Source: Octopus sinensis
Taxonomy: Eukaryota
NCBI RefSeq assembly: GCF_006345805.1
Contig: NW_021836772.1
Location: 1 to 28,358 of the forward strand
Reading direction: 5' to 3'
Length of the DNA stretch: 28,358 nucleotides
Made by a program: the position numbers and the translations under genes. Below the pieces are notes generated by a model. It was not told the DNA's origin. It was given only the letters and a program-made list of their open reading frames with translations, and ran no database searches. Below, piece after piece: positions 1-11,363 of the stretch (positions are counted from its first letter, which is position 1; every line of letters starts with the position of its first letter).

Positions 1-381
1 CAGTACTTACTCCTGGCACCGGAGGGAAGCACACGTACGCACGCGCGCGCGCGCACGCACACACACACATACACACCACGCACAAACACATACGTATACG
101 CGCATTCAGATATATAAATATATGAGTAATGAGAATGAAAAAGGGAGAGAGAGAGAGAAAGACATTACACACACATACTAATATAATTAAATGCTCACAC
201 ACATAAAAGAGATAAACAGAAAATTGGGGAGAGGGAAGTTGAGAGGGAGGACGAGAGAAATATTAAAACAACTGAAACATTAAAACGTCTGATGTCAAAA
301 AAGTCAGCGTCGAATCAGCGGCGCGAAAGAGGCGGTGCCAAAACAGCCTTACCAAAACATGTTATACCTCTGGACCTTCGT

Positions 382-627
382 GTCAGGTCAGGGGTCAGGT
401 ATAGGTTATTGTGCTGCTGCAGTACGTCGCTGCATTTACCATTTGCAGGTGTTTGCTAGGGTCGTCGTGGGCAGCGTTTCAGTCAGTCTCAATTTCTGCG
501 ATATACATTCATCATCCGCCGTAACCATGTGGCCGACCAACGCAAGTCGTCACACCAGCCAGATCCTCCGAGAAAGAAACACCATACGCAGGATCCAACA
601 AGGTATGTTGAAGAATGTTACCAAACA
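382..627 (-). mobile_element. RTE-clade LINE, 3' terminal segment (degraded ORF end plus TGACC-type tail)
   Basis: The minus strand translates LFGNILQHTLLDPAYGVSFSEDLAG..VGRPH..WLRRM..VNAATYCSST*. This matches the RTE C-terminus pattern FGHVAR...DPAH...GRP..W...DAAT.C. It ends in TACCTGACCCCTGACCTGAC, a short-repeat tail typical of RTE/Expander elements. Confidence 0.85.
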
Positions 628-822
628 GTCTTCAGGTCTCTGGTCCTACATGTCTTGCTCTACAGTTGCGAGACTTGGACCTTAGGAGCCGCTTGAACTC
701 TTTTGGTGCCAGCATGCTTCGCAAAGTTACCATTTGTCGGATTTCGTATCCAGCCAACGACTAAACTCACAAACTGGGATGCGTCCTGTTACTTATAGGA
801 TTCTTGAATGTCAGCTCGGACA
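628..822 (+). mobile_element. RTE-clade LINE, upstream ORF segment inverted relative to its 3' end
   Basis: The plus strand reads VFRSLVLHVLLYSCETWTL / RSRLNSFGASMLRKV / LSDFVSSQRLNSQTGMRPVTYRILECQL, with two frameshifts. This is the RTE LLYGCETWTL...SDFVSN.RL region. Confidence 0.9.
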
Positions 823-1200
823 GACTTTCGCTTCCAATTTTACCCTTTCTCAGACGCTCTATTCTCCTCCTATTTGTGCTGTCACGACTACTATCTCCTC
901 CTTGTGGATGTTGTTATCTCTTGGAGACAGCAACAACACTAAATTGAGTAGCTTGCTCTCCAGATTTGTTAATATGCAAATGGAAAGATTTGTTTAATAA
1001 ATACATAATTTTAATTCGAAAATTATAATTCATTTTCTTATTTTGTGTCATAAAAATGAAATTTGAAAACAAATTATATTCTATAATTATTACGTTCTAG
1101 TCTACATTGCCACAATAATTTTACATTTATGCAAATTATAAAAAATTACCAAGCAGTTACGAAAGAAAACCCCACTTGGAAACATTCTCGCATGAATTTC

Positions 1201-1236
<36 letters not shown>

Positions 1237-1340
1237 AGCAAAAGACTGGAGATTCAGTATGTATATTATGTATATATATATATATATATAATATATATAT
1301 ATATATATAATATGTACACATATACATAAATTACATATAT

Positions 1341-1454
1341 GAAATTTTATTGCTCACAACGATCGTTTCGACCCCGTTTTGTATCGATCCCTCGCGGGTG
1401 GGCTGCAGTATAAATGACTGTGCTGCATCCCTCGGTGCAGAAGTGTCTCGTCAA
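1341..1454 (-). ncRNA. Degenerate type I hammerhead-like motif with long stem II (Penelope-type remnant)
   Basis: Minus strand: TTGACGA GAC ...78 nt including stem... GTC GAAAC GATC GTT GTG, followed by AGCAATAAAATT. Stem III is palindromic (ACGATCGT). The start of stem II is homologous to 24413-24516. Confidence 0.55.
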
Positions 1455-1656
1455 CTTCTATTATAAGAGGTATCCCGTTATTTGTCTCTATCATTTGCTA
1501 TATGCTTAACGATCACTGGGGAGTTCCTAAAGTAGATCCAGGGACAATTGTGTGATTACTGTAGATGACGCCAGGTAGACATAGGCAGTGAACCTGCTTC
1601 ATCGGCTTACTACTAGGAACCTACCTAATATTTAAATAATTATTCATATACAGTGA

Positions 1657-1975
1657 GGGCGCGTGGCTTAGTGGTTAGGGCATTCGGCTCATGATCGTAA
1701 GGTTGTGAGTTCGATTCCCGGCGACGCGTTGTGTCCTTGAGCAAGACACTTATTTCAACGTTGCTCCATCCACTCAGCTGGGCAAAAAATGAGTTTACTT
1801 GTATTTCAAAGGGTCAGCCTTGTCACTCTCTGTGTCACGCTGATTTTCCCCGAGAACTACGTTAAGGGTACACGTGTCTGTGGAATGCTCAGCCATTTGC
1901 ACACGTTAATTTCACGAGCAAGCTGTTCCGTTGATCGTATCAGCTGGGACCCTCGTCGTCGTAACCGGCGGAGTC
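1657..1975 (+). mobile_element. tRNA-derived SINE (family B)
   Basis: A box TGGCTTAGTGG at 1664-1674 and B box GAGTTCGATTCCC at 1707-1719, followed by a TGTGTCCTTGAGCAAGACACT central box. Its 3' end CTCGTCGTCGTAACCG recurs at 20817-20845. Confidence 0.9.
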
Positions 1976-1984
1976 TTTAGAGAT

Positions 1985-2165
1985 TCATATACATAAATAT
2001 ATATATAATATATATATACACACATATATATGTATACCTATATATAATATATATATACAACAATATATATAATATAATATATATACACTATATATATATA
2101 TATATTTATTTATATACACAATATATATATATATATATAGGTATACATATATAACTGTGTATTTA

Positions 2166-2200
<35 letters not shown>

Positions 2201-2201
2201 G

Positions 2202-2256
<55 letters not shown>

Positions 2257-2340
2257 TATATATATATTATATATAATATATTTATATATATATTATATAT
2301 ATATATGTATGTATATATATAATATATATATGTATATATA
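1985..2340. repeat. (TA)n-rich microsatellite
   Basis: Interrupted TA dinucleotide array. Confidence 0.95.
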
Positions 2341-2496
2341 ATTATAATAATAAGGTTTTTTTGCAACAAGTTGCTTAAACCACATACCGAAAATATTAGA
2401 ATAGCTGCTGCCAAGGGACTACTATTGACTGCTATTTCTAATATTTTCGGTATGTGGTTTAAGCACCTTGTTGCAAAAAACCCTTATTATTATAAT
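2341..2496. repeat. Long inverted repeat (65-bp arms, 25-nt spacer)
   Basis: 2341-2405 pairs with 2431-2496 with 2 mismatches and 1 bulge. Confidence 0.95.
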
Positions 2497-2702
2497 TATA
2501 TAAATTTTTACCGAATATGGTCCTTTTCCATACCGAAAAACTACTAGGTGAAATTTGTTGATTTTATTAAATTAATTATATTTCACCCTATACCTGTATA
2601 CATATATATATAGTTAAAGTTAATCTAAACAAAAAAACAAAAAAGACAACAACGCAAGGAGGTGGAACAATTAAAGTATTATTAGGCGCTCAGGAAAAAG
2701 GG

Positions 2703-2737
2703 GAAGACGTTTCGAGCGGAACTCTTCGTCGGAAACA
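2703..2737 (-). ncRNA. Degenerate minimal hammerhead-like core
   Basis: Minus strand: gttt CCGACGA A GAG ttccg CTC GAAAC GTC. Stem I 3' strand does not pair in this copy. Confidence 0.45.
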
Positions 2738-2799
2738 TAGGAGAAAGAAAAATCCCGAGGTGGGAGGACAGAGGAACAAAAATGCAAGTGGTCTCACGA

Positions 2800-3291
2800 G
2801 ATCAACATATTTATACACATATATATATACACATATATATACACATATATATACACATATATATATATACACATATATATACACATGTATACATATATAT
2901 GTGTATATATATACATATATATATAGATATATATATACATAGATTTATATGGATATATATATATATACACATATATATATGCACATATACATACATACAT
3001 ACATATATATATCGGCAGAAAGTCACAATTGTGACTGAAAATCCGAGCTTTTCGTGTATGACGTTTGATAAGTACCTTGTAGGAAACTCCCGGCATTTGA
3101 TTCACATTTATACCACTTTGATGATTAAAAATGATATATATATATACAAACAGATACACAATCTCTCTCTCTCCCTCTCTCTCCCTCTCTCTCACACACA
3201 CACACACATACACCCACATGTAAATACACACGCACTAAAGTATGTGTGTAGGCGTTTTCCTCCCTACAAAATACGTATATAAATACATACA

Positions 3292-3333
<42 letters not shown>

Positions 3334-3336
3334 CTA

Positions 3337-3378
<42 letters not shown>

Positions 3379-3409
3379 TATGTATATATATATAATATAT
3401 ATATACATA

Positions 3410-3479
<70 letters not shown>

Positions 3480-3490
3480 GTATATATATA

Positions 3491-3536
<46 letters not shown>

Positions 3537-3728
3537 GTGTCAACGCCGTTTCTTTTATGCAACACGATTACATTGATATTTCATACTTAAGAATAAGAAT
3601 AAATTTTTGCTCTTTTTATTATTTTTCATGTATAAAACATGAAATAAATCTCTGTAAACTGGGAAGAATCTTACATTTTCAGCTCCATAAATGCCTTTTC
3701 TTAACATCGTTCAATTTGTTTTCTACAC

Positions 3729-3760
<32 letters not shown>

Positions 3761-3934
3761 CCCTCCCGCACGCACACGCACATTTATATATGGCAATATT
3801 TCTTCTCGTTCTACTTCACGTTCGTGTTGTTATTGTTATTGTTGTTGCTGTTCTTCTCCTTTTTCTTCTTCAGCTTCTTCTTCTTCAGCTTCTTCTTCTT
3901 TAACTTCTTCACATTTTTACGTTGTATTTCTTTC

Positions 3935-3969
<35 letters not shown>

Positions 3970-4241
3970 TCTCTTTACCCTTTTCTCTTAACTGCATATT
4001 TTTCTTTTTTTCCCCTTTTCAACAAATTCCATCTGATCTTTATTCAGTGCTCATATTTCATTATACACACGTAGATATACATACATACATGCACTTATAA
4101 ATAAAGATATACACAGACGAAAACACACCACACATGCATATATATATACACACATATATGCATATATATATATATATATATATATACATACATGCACACG
4201 TTCAAACATATCATATATATATATATATGTGTGTGTGTATA

Positions 4242-4281
<40 letters not shown>

Positions 4282-4578
4282 CTTACATAATATATATATA
4301 TATATATAGATATATATATATATATATATTAATATATATATATATATACACATGCATAATCATATATAATATAATATATATATATATATAACATATAATA
4401 TATATATTTATATATATATATATATAATATTATTATACATACATACATATATATATATACATACATATTATATATACATAACTATATATATATATATACA
4501 TATATAATACATACATATATATATATAAATACATATTATATATATACATACCTATATATATTACATAACATATATACA

Positions 4579-4614
<36 letters not shown>

Positions 4615-4634
4615 CATACATATACCATACATAC

Positions 4635-4669
<35 letters not shown>

Positions 4670-4700
4670 TATAATTTATGAGTACACATACACACATGAA
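2800..4700. repeat. Compound microsatellite zone: (TA)n, (TACA)n, (CA)n, (CT)n, (CTT)n
   Basis: Directly visible low-complexity arrays with short unique spacers. Confidence 0.9.
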
Positions 4701-5163
4701 CTGAAGGTGTCGGAAGGGAGGGGTACGCGACAAGAGAGTTATCCTAGATGGTTAAAACTGATCAAATTTGGTGCAACCGAATGAGATTTCCATATTTTGC
4801 TAGAAGCGACACTGACTTCAAAAACCTTTCGGCTCCATAAACATGAATACCAGTAACATAATGTGGTTGGATGAATCAACGACACCTCTTATCACATACA
4901 ACTTGCTGCTTAGACTTGAGATTTTAATTCCTCTGTTTGTTTTATTTCTTTCTTTTTGCACATCGCCTCCTTTTTATATGGTTTCAGCGATTTAGTTGTC
5001 ATTCATCTTTAGCTCAAGACCGACTTTGATCAGACATGTACAAGATTTGGGTATATTGTCTTTTTAAGTGTCTTCAAGACACCGTTATTGAATGCGTGTC
5101 TTACATGTTCCAAACGGTAGAATGTAATTTAAAAGAGATTTGGTTATTATTTCTAGCAAGTCG

Positions 5164-5214
5164 AAGGCGGTGAACTGGCAGAATCGTTAAAACACAGGGC
5201 GAAATGCTTAGCGA
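5164..5214 (+). mobile_element. SINE family D head fragment
   Basis: GAAGGCGGTGAACTGGCAGAATCGTTA...GGGCGAAATGCTTAGCG matches the heads at 27571 and 16728 (minus). Confidence 0.8.
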
Positions 5215-5222
5215 CATATATA

Positions 5223-5390
5223 TTACTCTTTTACTTCTTTCAGTCATTTGACTGCGGCCATGCTAGAGCACCGCCTTTAGTCGAGCAAATCGACCCCAGG
5301 ACTTATTCTTTGTAAGCTAAGTTATGGGGATGTAAACACACCAGCATTGATTGTCAAGCATTGATTGGGGGGACAAGCACAGGCATATAA

Positions 5391-5421
<31 letters not shown>

Positions 5422-5588
5422 CATATATACGACGGGCTTCTTTCAGTTTCCGTCTACCAAATCCACTGACAAGGCTTTGGTCGGCCCGAGGCTATAGTAG
5501 AAGATACCCAAGTGCCCACGCAGTAGGTCTGAACCCGGAACCATGGGTTGGTAAGCAAGCTATTTACCACACAGCTACTCCTGCACCT
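5223..5588 (-). mobile_element. tRNA-derived SINE (family A), internal deletion
   Basis: Near-full match to the 8563-8962 copy. The tRNA-like head is at the right end on the minus strand, there is an internal (CA)/(TA) tract, and about 38 bp is missing after TGTAAGC. Confidence 0.9.
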
Positions 5589-5589
5589 A

Positions 5590-5653
<64 letters not shown>

Positions 5654-5809
5654 TGAGAGAGCGAGAGAGAGAGAGAGAGAGAGAATATTTATAAATTCGT
5701 CCAAGGAGTATTATTACATACACACACACAATTATTTTATATATATACATATATACATATATATAAATTATAGGTAGTTCTGCCTCTCTCCTCCCTCCCT
5801 CTCTCTATA

Positions 5810-5845
<36 letters not shown>

Positions 5846-6302
5846 TGTATAAATTTATATGCGTGTATGTATGTACGTGTATATATACTGTTTACATAAG
5901 ACAAGTTTACTTATTTTAACATACGGAGTAAGTAGTTTTGTTCTGTATATTTATATATGTGAATAAAAAAAATACAAAAATAAGTTTTCACACTACAAAT
6001 GTTTACGTATAATAGTTTTATTGAATACTAGACTACCCGTAACCTATTGGGTCACCAATAGATCAAGGTACCAGAACAAAACGTGTGTCTCGGGAATCGG
6101 TGGTCCGATTTACGCGAAACTTCTGTTATTCCGTGTCCATTCCCATTTCAGTGGTACCTAACTTTCAAAGCATTTTTCCTATTATACACCGGTTTCGTTA
6201 TTTATAAAGGTACCCAGAAAAAAAAAACGCGTATCTCGGTAACTCGTGGTTCAATTTACGCGAAACTTGTTTTATTCTGTTTGTATTCACATGAGCATTC
6301 GA

Positions 6303-6475
6303 TTCATGATGTCTCCTGCTTTTGTCTCTTTCCCTTTTTCACCAGATGCTCAGCTCCCCGCGCGTCCGATTCCTGATCTCTCCTGCTTCTGTCTCTTTCC
6401 CTCTGTTCTGCCAGGCATTCAGCCACTGCTTCATCGGTCTCATTGATCCGTCTATTCGCATACCTGTCCCGATCT
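6303..6475 (-). pseudogene. Helitron Rep/Helicase N-terminal charged repeats (remnant)
   Basis: Minus frame QDRDRYANRRINETDEAVAECLAEQRERDRSRRDQESDARGAEHL..., resembling the RR.ET.E...RL..QR.R...R repeats of Helitron ORFs. Visible on the plus strand as a roughly 67-bp direct repeat (6310 and 6377). Confidence 0.6.
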
Positions 6476-6478
6476 TGG

Positions 6479-6961
6479 GTAAATATTTCCTTAAAATACC
6501 TGTTCGTACTTCAGTGTGAAATAATTTTTTCCATAGGTTTTTTTCGATTTTATTCAACGTACCTCATCTCGAAACCCACCGGAAGCCACTTTCTTCCGGA
6601 AGAAAAAGAGGGAGACGTGATGGGGAACTCGGAGTTTTCCACCAACAGAGTTTTGCTTCGTGTTTGTTTTTCTTTTCCAGTTTATTTCGAATGCTTTCAA
6701 CGAATGTGACACCGAAATCACGCGTAAACGGCTCCTTTCCGCAGAAAAGGAAATATTTGACTGCTATTTCTTTCACGCCTTGCTACCACGTAACAGTTAT
6801 TTCGGCTCCTTTATCACAAATAGCTGTTATGTGGTAGCAGGGTAAGTCAGAAATAGAAGCCAAATCTTTTGAGGTGAAATATGTTGAATGCACTCGAAAA
6901 AACTTATGGAAAAAATTATTTCACACCGAGGTTACGAACGGATTTTTTACGAAATATTTAC
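6479..6961. repeat. Imperfect inverted repeat pair (6479-6547 and 6894-6961), MITE-like
   Basis: tcgaaaaaa(a)c(c/t)tatggaaaaaattatttcacac...gaaatatttac on opposite strands, roughly 80% identical. Confidence 0.8.
6756..6864 (+). repeat. Stem-loop: 25-bp fully paired upper stem, 15-nt loop, 16-bp lower stem
   Basis: 6778-6802 pairs with 6818-6842, with 3 G-U and no mismatch on the plus strand. 6756-6771 pairs with 6849-6864 with 2 mismatches. Confidence 0.9.
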
Positions 6962-7793
6962 TGTATTTTTAAAGTAATTTTTGCTTCAGATTATTTTTTA
7001 AATATGCCAAAAAAGTTTTGTCATGGTATTCACTAGAAAATAATTGAAAAAACATTTTAAATAATGTCTGTTTAAAGAAAGCTAAAATATAAATATTTAC
7101 TGTACAAACAACTTACATTTTTGAAATCACATTCTCTTAAAAAATCTTTCTAAATGATTAAAATATTGAGCTTAACAAAAGCGAAAATAGAAACATTTAC
7201 TGTAAAAACAACTCGTATTTTCCCGTTGGCAAGTTATAGTCACTAAGACTTTTGCCCACCTTAATCTGTTTAGTCGAAAGATTAGGATTTCTTCCCTCTC
7301 AATTATTTTCGGAGTATTTTTCCATCATGCACCGTTTGGGGTATTTATACCCCCTAAAACTCCCATGTCTCAAGAACCAGTGGTCCGATTGGTTTTATTT
7401 TGTTTGTGTTCACATTTCAGGTGCACTTTACTCTCAAAGTATTTTCCCATTATGCGCCGGTTTGGCTGTGTAACATTCCAAGCAAGCAAGACTAAAGTTC
7501 ATTTTCAATAGTATATAGATATAATGGTTCATGTATTCACAAGGTAAGTTTAACATATATGATTCAAGTAAAAGGGAAAGAAGAAAAAAGGATCACAAGT
7601 GATTCGTATGAGAAACGCGCATTGCCACCAGAAGAAGTTTTGTAGTTGAAAGATCATATTCAATTTCCCAAGACCCGGTTTGCGGTTATTCAGCTCTTCA
7701 AAGTTTTAGGCGATTCTTTCCTTATATGTAAGGACCATGTGCCGAATAATGAGCGACAGATGATCATTTTACACACACACACACATGTACAGC

Positions 7794-7824
<31 letters not shown>

Positions 7825-8562
7825 TGTATGTATGTATGAAGTGTGTGCTTGTTTGTATGTACGTTTATAAATATTATTAATGATGAACTGTCGATTGCCC
7901 AAATTAATTCTTCTAATTAATATAAATATAAGAGTTATCTCCCGTACCTGTCTTGATAGAATTATACACTTATTTAATTATTCTTTCTCCTCATCACGTA
8001 TCTAATTATAATGAATGAATTAACATTTCTTAGACCTTACCACTTGATATATAAAATATCTGAAACCGACCCTAACTAGGTCTAAGCTGTGATTTTTCGC
8101 TTTCTAGATTCCGATTTTCTCTCTTGGAGAAATTGAGAAGCAATACGCGTAAAATTATTTCAGTGAAAATCAAGACGTATTTTCTCATATTGAATAAATT
8201 TATTGTTGTACCTGTTTGATGTCGTTGCTGCAGTTCTTGTTGTTGTTGTTGCTGCTGTTTCTAATGTTGTTATTGTTTAGGTAATTGCTACTGCTGCCAC
8301 TACAGTTGTTGCTGCGGCTGTTACGATTATTCTACCCAGGCTAGTCAAAAGCGTTTTGACCCCAGTTTTTCCCATCTATTTGTACATCGGAGACATTTAT
8401 TATCGAATGAAAACTGTCCTCTCTTAACACAGTACTGCAACATCTGAGTGAAAATTTGACTGCTATTGCTAACATTTTCGAACAAACCTGTAACGGCTTC
8501 TTCGCTAACTCTTTAAAGTTCCAATTATATCTTTTCTTTTTTTTCTTCTTTTTTTTTCTTTT

Positions 8563-8962
8563 TTACTTGTTTCAGTCATTTGACTGCGGCCATGCTGGAG
8601 CACCGTCTTTAGTCGAGCAAAACGACCCCGGGACTTATTCTTTGTAAGCCCAGTACTTATTCTATCGGTCTCTTTTTGCCGAACCGCTAAGTGACGGGGA
8701 CGTAAACACACCAGCATCGGTTGTCAAGCAATGCTAGGGGAACAAACACAGACACACAAACACATACACACACACATATATATATATATACATATATACG
8801 ACAGGCTTCTTTCAGTTTCCGTCTACCAAATCCACTCACAAGGCATTGGTCGGCTCGGGGCTATAGCAGAAGACACTTGCCCAAGATGCCACGCAATGGG
8901 ACTGAACCCGGAACCATGTGGTTGGTTAGCAAGCTACTTACCACACAGCCACTCCTGCGCCT
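8563..8962 (-). mobile_element. tRNA-derived SINE (family A), full length
   Basis: Minus-strand head AGGCGCAGGAGTGGCTGTGTGGTAAG...GGGTTCAGTCCC (A/B-box-like), CTTGGGCAAGTGTCTT box, internal microsatellite, and 3' end GCAGTCAAATGACTGAAACAAGTAA. Confidence 0.92.
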
Positions 8963-8966
8963 ATAT

Positions 8967-9012
<46 letters not shown>

Positions 9013-9519
9013 TATTGCCTATGAAAATATTTCACTGCATTATAAAAAGCTAACGTAATAATTTCTTATTGGATCAAACTAACAAATCTGTAGTGGGTGG
9101 TATATATGAGAGGAATAAATGGAATGCACACCATATCTAAGATTTATTTTGTTGATACACGAGTGTAGAGGGGGGGGGCAAGGCAAAGACGACCACATTA
9201 CGTTTGAAACGCACAAAATAACAAATATATTATTAACAATGCTAACATTTATTAATAATGCTAAATGTTTCTTCAATAACTATTATGATATCTTTTATAA
9301 CAATAGCGATATCTTTATTTATTTTATTTGAAATGTTTTCTCGTGACATCTGATTCTCGATCACCAAAGGACAATGGTGTTCGGCACTATAGTTTATAGA
9401 ATCTGACAGATTCTGCTATAAAGGTTGGCGTCATGTTTTATAAGAACCATGCGGGACAAGAGTTCGTAGTGTAAGTCATAAAATAAACGAGCGAAAGACA
9501 AAATATAAAATATGGACGC

Positions 9520-9738
9520 ACTCACGTGCATACATATGTATGTACATATATGTATATATATATATGTGTATATATGTATATATATATTAATATATATATA
9601 TATAATATATGTATTATACTGTATATATATATGTGTGATATATATATATATATGTGTAATATATATATATGTATATATATATATATGTATATATATATAT
9701 GTATTATATATATATATGTATATATATATATGTGTATA

Positions 9739-9780
<42 letters not shown>

Positions 9781-9791
9781 TACATACGTAC

Positions 9792-9822
<31 letters not shown>

Positions 9823-9936
9823 ATATATGTATGTATATATATATATGTATGTATATATATATGTATGTATACATATATGTATGTATACATATATGTATGT
9901 ATATATGTATGTATATATATAGTTGTATGTATTGTA

Positions 9937-10002
<66 letters not shown>

Positions 10003-10390
10003 ACACACATAATTTATGCATATATATGTATGGATATATTCATATATGTATGTGCGTGCATCTGTGTGTCTGTGTGCATACGTGTGTGTTTGCATGTGTG
10101 TGTAAGGACACAAACAGAGCGGGAGAGAGAGAGTGTGTGTGGAGGGGGGTGTTGTGTGTCTATTGAAGACTACCCATTACAGCGACTACGGCATTTTGAT
10201 ACTGTCTTTCCCGAAGGAATATGACTCCTGATTTACAATTCCTATGTGTAAACACACACAAAAAACAACAACATATGTATAAAAAAAATATGTTTTCAGA
10301 TCATATGACTGAATTAAGCAGAATACATGTACCTACCTACCTTACCTACCTACCTACCTACCTACCTACCTACCTACCTACCTACATACA

Positions 10391-10421
<31 letters not shown>

Positions 10422-10479
10422 CTGCATATGTGCCTACACACATACATATATATGTATATATATATACATGTATATGTGT

Positions 10480-10532
<53 letters not shown>

Positions 10533-10647
10533 GTGTGTGTATATTGATTTATACAATATATATTTATATAATATATATGTGGTTATAAATACATGCATAT
10601 GTTCGTGTATATATGTGCGTATGTAAATACATACGTGTACATATTAC

Positions 10648-10694
<47 letters not shown>

Positions 10695-10860
10695 TACATA
10701 CATGCATAGTGCGGGTGTGCAGTTATGATATGAATATATAAGCTTGTCTGAACGCATAATCTTCATTGCAAGTAAAGGCAGAAATATATATAAAAATATA
10801 TATATATATATATACATATAAACTATTTTGTATTTTCTCTCTTATTCTATCGCTCACTTC
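9520..10860. repeat. (TA)n/(TATG)n/(CTAC)n/(CA)n compound microsatellites
   Basis: Directly visible; the source of the YIYI-type ORFs. Confidence 0.9.
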
Positions 10861-11322
10861 TACACACTTCCTATCTTCCATCTCCTCTTCCTAACCCTCT
10901 CCTCTTCCCGACACTCTCCTTCAGTATATATCGGTATTTAGCAAAGACTTTGTGTGGAGCAGCGTGAAGGGTAAAGATAAAGTATGGAAAGAGTAGGAGG
11001 AGGAGGAGAAGCAGGAGAGAAAGAAGGAGGCAGGAGGAGGAAGAAGGGGAGTAAGTTAATGTTTGTATTTGATGTGATTTAGTTTTGATGTAGTTCAGCT
11101 TCGATTTTAATACATCTGATCAACCTTTGGTGTTATCATCTCATCTGACCTCTGCTATACTCTTCACACGTCGTCTCCTTATGTAATCTCCACCTTTCAT
11201 TCACTGAAAATATTCGAATATGACTGTTCTTTTCTACGCAGCTTCATTTTATTAACATCACGGCTGGCTTTTTCTCACTGACAGATAAGTAATGAAGTTA
11301 TTTCTTTTGAATTGGACTTCAA

Positions 11323-11363
11323 CTGTTACATTGTTTCGGAATCGTTTCACCTCTTCAGGTGAT
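11323..11363 (-). ncRNA. Minimal hammerhead-like motif (Penelope-type)
   Basis: Minus strand: cac CTGAAGA GG tgaaacgatt CC GAAAC aat GTA. The core is canonical and G10.1-C11.1 is present; stem I is not paired. Confidence 0.55.

Larger units (their letters stand above)
6026..7520. mobile_element. Helitron/Helentron-like non-autonomous element
   Basis: Begins TACTAGACTACCCG and ends TAGTATATAGAT. It contains repeated GGTCCGATTTACGCGAAACTT-type cores (about 6100, 6247, 7381) and a Rep N-terminus-like remnant. The boundaries are inferred. Confidence 0.6.

Noticed and set aside
335-685. 116-aa plus-strand ORF
   Set aside because: It is mostly the antisense of the RTE 3' end plus an out-of-frame read of the inverted segment.
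1657-1725. tRNA gene (also the heads at about 8900-8962 and 14473-14540)
   Set aside because: A/B boxes are present but continue into SINE bodies that recur in the window; no complete cloverleaf.
3021-3036. Perfect 16-bp palindrome AGTCACAATTGTGACT
   Set aside because: It contains ACAATTGT but has no adjacent GAAAC or core; too short to interpret.
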